From: an uncultured Acidobacteriota bacterium
GTDB taxonomy: Bacteria; Acidobacteriota; Terriglobia; Terriglobales; Acidobacteriaceae
Assembly: GCA_963707735.1 (NCBI GenBank)
Contig: CAVPRB010000008.1
Coordinates: 40,941-104,940 of the forward strand
Length of the DNA stretch: 64,000 bases
Direction of reading: 5' to 3'
The position numbers and the translations under genes were made by a program. The notes below the pieces were generated by a model, which was not told the DNA's origin, searched no databases, and saw nothing but the letters and a program-made list of their open reading frames with translations. This document shows, one piece after another, positions 59,841 through 64,000 of this stretch (within the stretch, counting starts at the first letter, position 1; every line of letters starts with the position of its first letter).

Positions 59841-60671
59841 ATGGATATCTATAGCGAAATCTGCAACCTGAAACGTCAGGGAAGACGCTCTGCCTTGGCC
59901 ACCATTGTGAATGCCAGGGGTTCCATCCCATCGGTTACGGCAGCAAAGATGCTGGTCCGCGATGACGGTTCGATCCTTGGTACCATCGGTGGCGGTTGTG
60001 TTGAGAACGATATCCGCAATGGGGCGATGGAAGTGATGAAAGACGAGAAGCCGAGGACGTTCAACTTCAATCTCGACCAGCATCCAGACGATGATACCGG
60101 CTTGGTCTGCGGCGGTGCGCTTCAAGTTTTCGTCGAGCCAGTTATTCCACCCCCATTGCTGTACGTCTTCGGCGCCGGTCACGTGGGCTTCAATATCTAC
60201 AAGGTTGCGCAGATCGCCGGTTTTGAGGTTGTCGTCGTCGATGATCGGGACACCTTCGCAAATCGTGAGCGATTTCCAGACGCGCTTGATGTTCATGCAG
60301 GCGACATGGACCTGATGATGTCGCAACTCGCCCCCCCGGACAGCTCTTTTATCGCAATTGTTACCCGGGGCCACCGCCATGACATGCGCGTCCTGCGCTG
60401 GGCGGTAGATACCATGGCACGTTACATCGGCATGATCGGTTCGGGGCGCAAAGTGCTTACCGTCTTCGGAGAGCTGGAGAAACAGGGCGTCTCACGCGAA
60501 AAATTAATGCAGGTATATGCTCCCATCGGCCTGCAAATAGGTTCGGTGACACCGGAGGAGATTGCCGTGTCCGTGGTAGCGGAGTTGATTGCCATCCGCC
60601 GCCACTGCGAAATTCCAATGCCGCATTCGCGCAATCGAATTCGCGACGACGAGCCGGCCACAACCAAGTAG
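59841..60671 (+). CDS. xdhC: XdhC-family molybdenum cofactor insertion chaperone (short form)
   Basis: TIGGGCVE and LVCGGALQVFVEP in the N-domain; LYVFGAGHVG and VTRGHRHD in the Rossmann domain. Confidence 0.85.
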   Translation: MDIYSEICNLKRQGRRSALATIVNARGSIPSVTAAKMLVRDDGSILGTIGGGCVENDIRNGAMEVMKDEKPRTFNFNLDQHPDDDTGLVCGGALQVFVEPVIPPPLLYVFGAGHVGFNIYKVAQIAGFEVVVVDDRDTFANRERFPDALDVHAGDMDLMMSQLAPPDSSFIAIVTRGHRHDMRVLRWAVDTMARYIGMIGSGRKVLTVFGELEKQGVSREKLMQVYAPIGLQIGSVTPEEIAVSVVAELIAIRRHCEIPMPHSRNRIRDDEPATTK

Positions 60672-61100
60672 CCAATGCAAACCCATAGGGTATTTCAGCG
60701 CGAGCCGTTCAATGTGGCGCTTGACCTTCTCCAACTCGCGACTGATCGGCGTCAACTATTCGTTCCAGTGAACGACAACTATTTCCCCCTATCGTGTTGC
60801 CTCATCCAGGGATGTTTCCGAAGCTTCCAGATAAAAATGTTACCGAACAGAGTGCTTCTCCGGAGCATTCAGCATTGCGTTGTCTGAGTTGGCGAAGAAG
60901 CGGCTGAGCGAAAAAGAAACGGGCGGCGAAGCGTGCTGCGAAGAAGGCGGCGGTTGTCACGGCGACGGTAAAGGAAGCGCAACATTAGGCGGTCACGTTA
61001 CTGCCTATCCGGGAGGTGTGTCGAGCACCTCCCAATCACTCTTGATGTCGCAGTGGCATTTAACAATTGTTCCGCAGATCGTCAGAATGGGAGTATCCAC

Positions 61101-61420
61101 ATGAAGCTGCACACATCTGCCGCCGGAATTTTTCTGGCTGGTGTCATTGTCCTCATCTGCGCCGGGTCGGCCACACCATTGTGGGCGCAAGCGCCGACCA
61201 GTAAACCGTCTCCCAAAGTCATCATTTTGGACGCCCATGGTGGAGACTACCTGCAACTGCTGGGTGGGGCTCCAGAGAGCGTTACCATGCGGTCGGGGTT
61301 GGTGATACTGGCTCCTCAGCACTCGGTCGGGAAGCACAGCACCGGTCGGAATGAGGAAATTCTGATCGTACTGGCGGGAAAGGGCGAGATGATGTTCAAG
61401 GACAAGCCATCTCTGACTAC
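61101..61420 (+). pseudogene. secreted cupin-like protein, 3' part replaced
   Basis: Signal peptide plus SGLVILAPQHSVGKHSTGRNEEILIVLAGKGEMMF (cupin strands). After about 61420 the frame reads as nonsense, while the opposite strand reads protein-like. Confidence 0.35.
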
Positions 61421-61439
61421 CAACGGGACGCTTCGTGAT

Positions 61440-61556
61440 GCGTTCAGGCGGCGGCACAGAAACGCGATGCTTGCGAATGTATCTTTTGCGCGTTCCTTCG
61501 CCAACGTAGTACGGAACGCCTTGTTCATTACGATAGATGTAGGTGTAGTTGTTCAT
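61440..61556 (-). pseudogene. GIY-YIG-like N-terminal fragment
   Basis: MNNYTYIYRNEQGVPYYVGEGTRKRYIRKH resembles the GIY...YVG...R...H nuclease core. The rest of the 183-aa ORF is antisense to the cupin and is not protein-like. Confidence 0.3.
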
Positions 61557-61698
61557 ACACCCTAATACTGGAAGTTTCTTTTGTTCCTGAGCTGAATTCT
61601 CTAGGGCACCTTCGGGGTGCCCTTTATCATTGCCCGGTAATGAAGCAACAAAGCTGATACGGAACAGTAGAGTGTAGGTTCAACTAGGAGAGAAAAGA

Positions 61699-61890
61699 AT
61701 GAGCATCATGCCGACGCACGAAGAGGTTAGGGAAAGAGGAGCGGAGCAGGCCGTTCCGATTGACCACCAAGCCGAGCAGACCCGATTGTTACGCAGCATC
61801 CGTTGCTACGTCGCTTGGGCATTCTGGCTGGCCGTTGCACCTGCTATCGCAGTTGCCCTCATCTATCTGGTTGTCTTGGTGGCGAAATAG
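61699..61890 (+). CDS. small membrane protein
   Basis: AGGAGAG followed by ATG; 63 aa with one C-terminal TM helix (WAFWLAVAPAIAVALIYLVVLV). Confidence 0.35.
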   Translation: MSIMPTHEEVRERGAEQAVPIDHQAEQTRLLRSIRCYVAWAFWLAVAPAIAVALIYLVVLVAK

Positions 61891-61899
61891 GAGAGAGTC

Positions 61900-62454
61900 A
61901 TGAAGAAGATTTTGGTGTTGGTCATCATGCTGTTGATGTGTGCTGCGTCCATGTGGGGGCAGCAATGGAAAACGGACACAAAGACTGACGCGCTAACTGG
62001 GGAATCGTTTGTGAGCTACACCCTCACCGGAAAATATCTGACACCGCCAAGCCAGAACCCGGACACGCCACCCACCATTAAGCTGCGGTGCGACCCCAAG
62101 CCTCATCATCGGGTTTCTGGGAAGTTGCTCGCTGGCTTTATCGTCGTGAACACGGTACTCGATCTGGAGAACGGTGGTCACAGCACAGTGAAGTACAGGC
62201 TGGACGATGGAAAGCCCCAAACCGCCGTTGGCCTAGCCTACAGCACCGACTATCAGGCAATCAGTATTGATGATCTCCTTCTAATGAACATGCTCTGGGG
62301 GCATATGTTCTTTCACAAGCCCAACTCCAACCCACAGGTCCACAAGGTCGTGATTGCCGTGCAGGAGCACCTTGGTGGTCAGATTGTCATGCAGTTTGAT
62401 ATGCCGGATGCCTCACAGGTGAGTACATCCTGTGGGGCGGAGTATCTAAAGTAG
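61900..62454 (+). CDS. secreted hypothetical protein
   Basis: GGAGAG followed by ATG. Signal peptide MKKILVLVIMLLMCAASMWG. 184 aa, followed by an intrinsic terminator. Confidence 0.55.
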   Translation: MKKILVLVIMLLMCAASMWGQQWKTDTKTDALTGESFVSYTLTGKYLTPPSQNPDTPPTIKLRCDPKPHHRVSGKLLAGFIVVNTVLDLENGGHSTVKYRLDDGKPQTAVGLAYSTDYQAISIDDLLLMNMLWGHMFFHKPNSNPQVHKVVIAVQEHLGGQIVMQFDMPDASQVSTSCGAEYLK

Positions 62455-62473
62455 GAGAGCGACGCCACATCAT

Positions 62474-62500
62474 GGCACCCTTCGGGGTGCCTTTTGTTTT
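62474..62500 (+). terminator. intrinsic terminator
   Basis: GGCACCC-ttcg-GGGTGCC stem-loop followed by TTTTGTTTT. Confidence 0.6.
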
Positions 62501-62646
62501 GCAGGAGGTTCCTAAGAGTACCTTTTTCCGCGCAAATCGGGGACACAGGAGTGCCCACAAGATGGGCACTTTCCTCTTTGGCAAAACTTGATGTTGTTGG
62601 AAAGAAAAGAAAAGTGGCGTTTATTCCGTGACTTTGTTTGGTGATT

Positions 62647-62695
62647 TGGCGTCCCCGGCGGGATTCGAACCCGCGTTATCGCCGTGAAAGGGCAT
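62647..62695 (-). tRNA. tRNA-Glu(UUC) 3' fragment only (anticodon arm to CCA); not a complete gene
   Basis: The minus strand reads TGCC-CTTTCAC-GGCG-ATAAC-GCGGG-TTCGAAT-CCCGC-CGGGGAC-G-CCA. This closely resembles the 3' two-thirds of bacterial tRNA-Glu. No matching 5' acceptor strand (GTCCCCG) or D-arm lies upstream. Confidence 0.55.
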
Positions 62696-62742
62696 AGACG
62701 GAGCTGAAAATAAAGGGATTACGTTCCCGAGCAGGAGCTTCA

Positions 62743-62848
62743 TTCCTTTCCCTTCCGGCGTGTTCACGAGAATGGAGCCGATCACGGTACGCTCCGTCTC
62801 TGTGCTCGCCGGCAGCCCACGGTCAAGAGAAAGTGCAGGGCTGCTCAT
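62743..62848 (-). pseudogene. DnaB-like helicase N-terminal stub
   Basis: MSSPALSLDRGLPASTETERTVIGSILVN resembles the DnaB N-terminal consensus (P..-.-AE-.-vLGsiL). The reading frame then runs into the tRNA fragment. Confidence 0.3.
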
Positions 62849-63156
62849 TCGGGCTTCCTCCGGTTACGCGCCGCCAAGGACTGCTGCTCGCTCACAGGCT
62901 GTACGCCGCTCGTCTGCACTGGAACCAGATGGCTCCCGTCGGTGAACCAGAACGAGTTGACCTTCTTTCCAGCCTTCCGCGCTACCTGCGCACGCTCCAA
63001 AATCCGCTCCCCAGCAACCTGCATCGAACAGTGCTCTTTCTCGGCAACGATCTTGATTGCCTGGGCCGCCGTGGTCAGGGTGCTGGAAGTGAACGGGACG
63101 CTCATCTCCTCCCAGAACTTCCGTGCGTACTCCAGTTCGGTGAACTCGTCATTCAT
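62845..63156 (-). CDS. hypothetical protein
   Basis: 103 aa from MNDEFTELEYARKFWEE. No recognisable domain and no clear ribosome-binding site. Confidence 0.3.
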   Translation of the reverse strand: MNDEFTELEYARKFWEEMSVPFTSSTLTTAAQAIKIVAEKEHCSMQVAGERILERAQVARKAGKKVNSFWFTDGSHLVPVQTSGVQPVSEQQSLAARNRRKPE

Positions 63157-63207
63157 GGAGGAACACTTCTCTTCTTTTCTTGAAGATGAAGAAGAAGATG
63201 AAGAGCA

Positions 63208-63429
63208 TCTATCCAAGAGCGCGTGCGCGCCGGATTGCGGAACGCTCGCAACAAGGGGAAGCGCTTGGGCCGCCCGCCAGCAGCCGTCAACATCACAGCG
63301 ATTGACCGTCTACGTGTCTCCGGGCTCGGCTGGCGCACCGTGGCGAAGAAGATGGGCCTCGGAGTAGGCACCGTCGTCAGGGCGTCGCAGAAGTTCCCGG
63401 CGCAGTCAGTTTCGATCTGTTCTCGGTAG
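63208..63429 (+). pseudogene. serine recombinase C-terminal (HTH) remnant
   Basis: IQERVRAGLRNARNKGKRLGRPPAAV...GWRTVAKKMGLGVGTV is colinear with LIQERVKAGLRNAKPKGKRLGRPRRVV...SWQAVSRELGVGLATL of the 25192..25560 copy. The catalytic domain is absent. Confidence 0.65.
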
Positions 63430-63506
63430 TCTAACCTCGCCTGATAGCGCGACGGTGTCGTGTCGTCAGGCGCGCTAACCGCATTTCGTCGAAAAAGGAG
63501 ACAGCA

Positions 63507-63869
63507 ATGGATAACGTATCGCCCACGCCCAAAAGCAACCTGACCACAGTCGGTGAACTCTGCAATGCCCCGCGCACCGAACAGCAATACCCTCACGGGA
63601 GAGTAGTCGTTGACTTCGATGGAAGTAAATTCGCCCGCGTCAAACACCAGGATAGTGACTCAGTTTCGGGGCCCGAGGGTAGATGGATTATCGGATTCCA
63701 CGGCTTCGATGAATCGTATATGACGGCTGTTCCAGATTCCGCCTGCGTGATTAATCCCAGTGATCGTGGCGCTGTAGCCACGATGCTTCGAGAGTATGTC
63801 CCCATCGAAGATGTAGATGAACTCCTAAGCGTGCTTATGGAGCGCAAACGCAGCACGGAAAGAAATTAG
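63507..63869 (+). CDS. hypothetical protein
   Basis: AAGGAGA followed by ATG at 63507. 120 aa, no recognisable domain. Confidence 0.45.
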   Translation: MDNVSPTPKSNLTTVGELCNAPRTEQQYPHGRVVVDFDGSKFARVKHQDSDSVSGPEGRWIIGFHGFDESYMTAVPDSACVINPSDRGAVATMLREYVPIEDVDELLSVLMERKRSTERN

Positions 63870-64000
63870 CTGGATGTTTTCACCGCGCCACGTGAGGTAG
63901 CAAGAGCCGGAGAGAGTATCAGCTCTTCGGCTCTTTTCTCTTCAACTTGGTCATCTTCGAGAGGCCTTTCTGCTTCTTCACCAGTGCTTTCTCACTTTCG

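Noticed and set aside
62647-62740. Complete tRNA-Glu gene
   Set aside because: Only the anticodon arm through CCA is present. About 73 nt upstream of the discriminator base the sequence reads GTAATCCCTTT..., not the complementary acceptor strand GTCCCCG, and no D-arm can be formed.
63181-63210. GAA/GAT-rich run (GAAGATGAAGAAGAAGATGAAGAG) as a microsatellite or acidic-tail coding region
   Set aside because: It is short and imperfect. It lies at the junction of a doubtful N-terminal ORF extension and the resolvase remnant, and there is no evidence of function.

Overview
High-GC bacterial chromosomal window; spot counts of single 60-nt lines give about two-thirds GC in the his/sucA part and the mid-50s in the hydrogenase/molybdoenzyme part. 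Gene content resembles Acidobacteriota-type soil bacteria, which cannot be verified from sequence alone.

**Layout**
- **1-2195:** multihaem c-type cytochromes and a nitroreductase.
- **2276-13536:** a nucleoside/nucleic-acid salvage block (udk, PNP, nupC, deoC, hpt, secreted adenosine deaminase, S1/P1 nuclease, deoxyribosyltransferase-like), then Sir2, an esterase and an FtsX/ABC pair. An unusually large number of these genes need frame changes to read through.
- **14369-21556:** a histidine operon in the order leader-hisI-G-D-C-B-H-F-[orphan]-A. It is preceded by a His-rich leader peptide and an intrinsic terminator.
- **21660-24143:** sucA.
- **24375-33317:** accessory, decaying DNA. It holds an XRE-cupin regulator, a broken resolvase, a 7-blade FG-GAP/Ig giant protein with an in-frame TAA, a tail-fibre-like secreted protein, an IPT-domain gene split by an IS630 element, and a NAMPT stub.
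- **33373-60671:** the most interesting block.
  - Minus strand: XdhC, a dead ArsC, moeA, a MOSC-like ORF, moaA, a ferredoxin, and a six-subunit Ech/Mbh-like group 4 [NiFe]-hydrogenase.
  - Plus strand: a divergent sigma-54 activator, a perfect -24/-12 promoter, and a long operon. That operon encodes a Mop-type (xanthine-oxidase-family) aldehyde oxidoreductase and a GltD-HdrCB-like fusion. It also carries Zn-ribbon, methyltransferase, C-GCAxxG-C-C, MocA-HD, radical SAM, PaaK-like ligase, histidine phosphatase, NifS and XdhC genes.
- **60672-64000:** mobile-element debris, including a truncated cupin, small orphan genes, a tRNA-Glu 3' fragment abutting a DnaB-like stub, and a resolvase C-terminal remnant.

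No CRISPR array and no rRNA were seen. All homology statements come from motif recognition by eye, not from searches.
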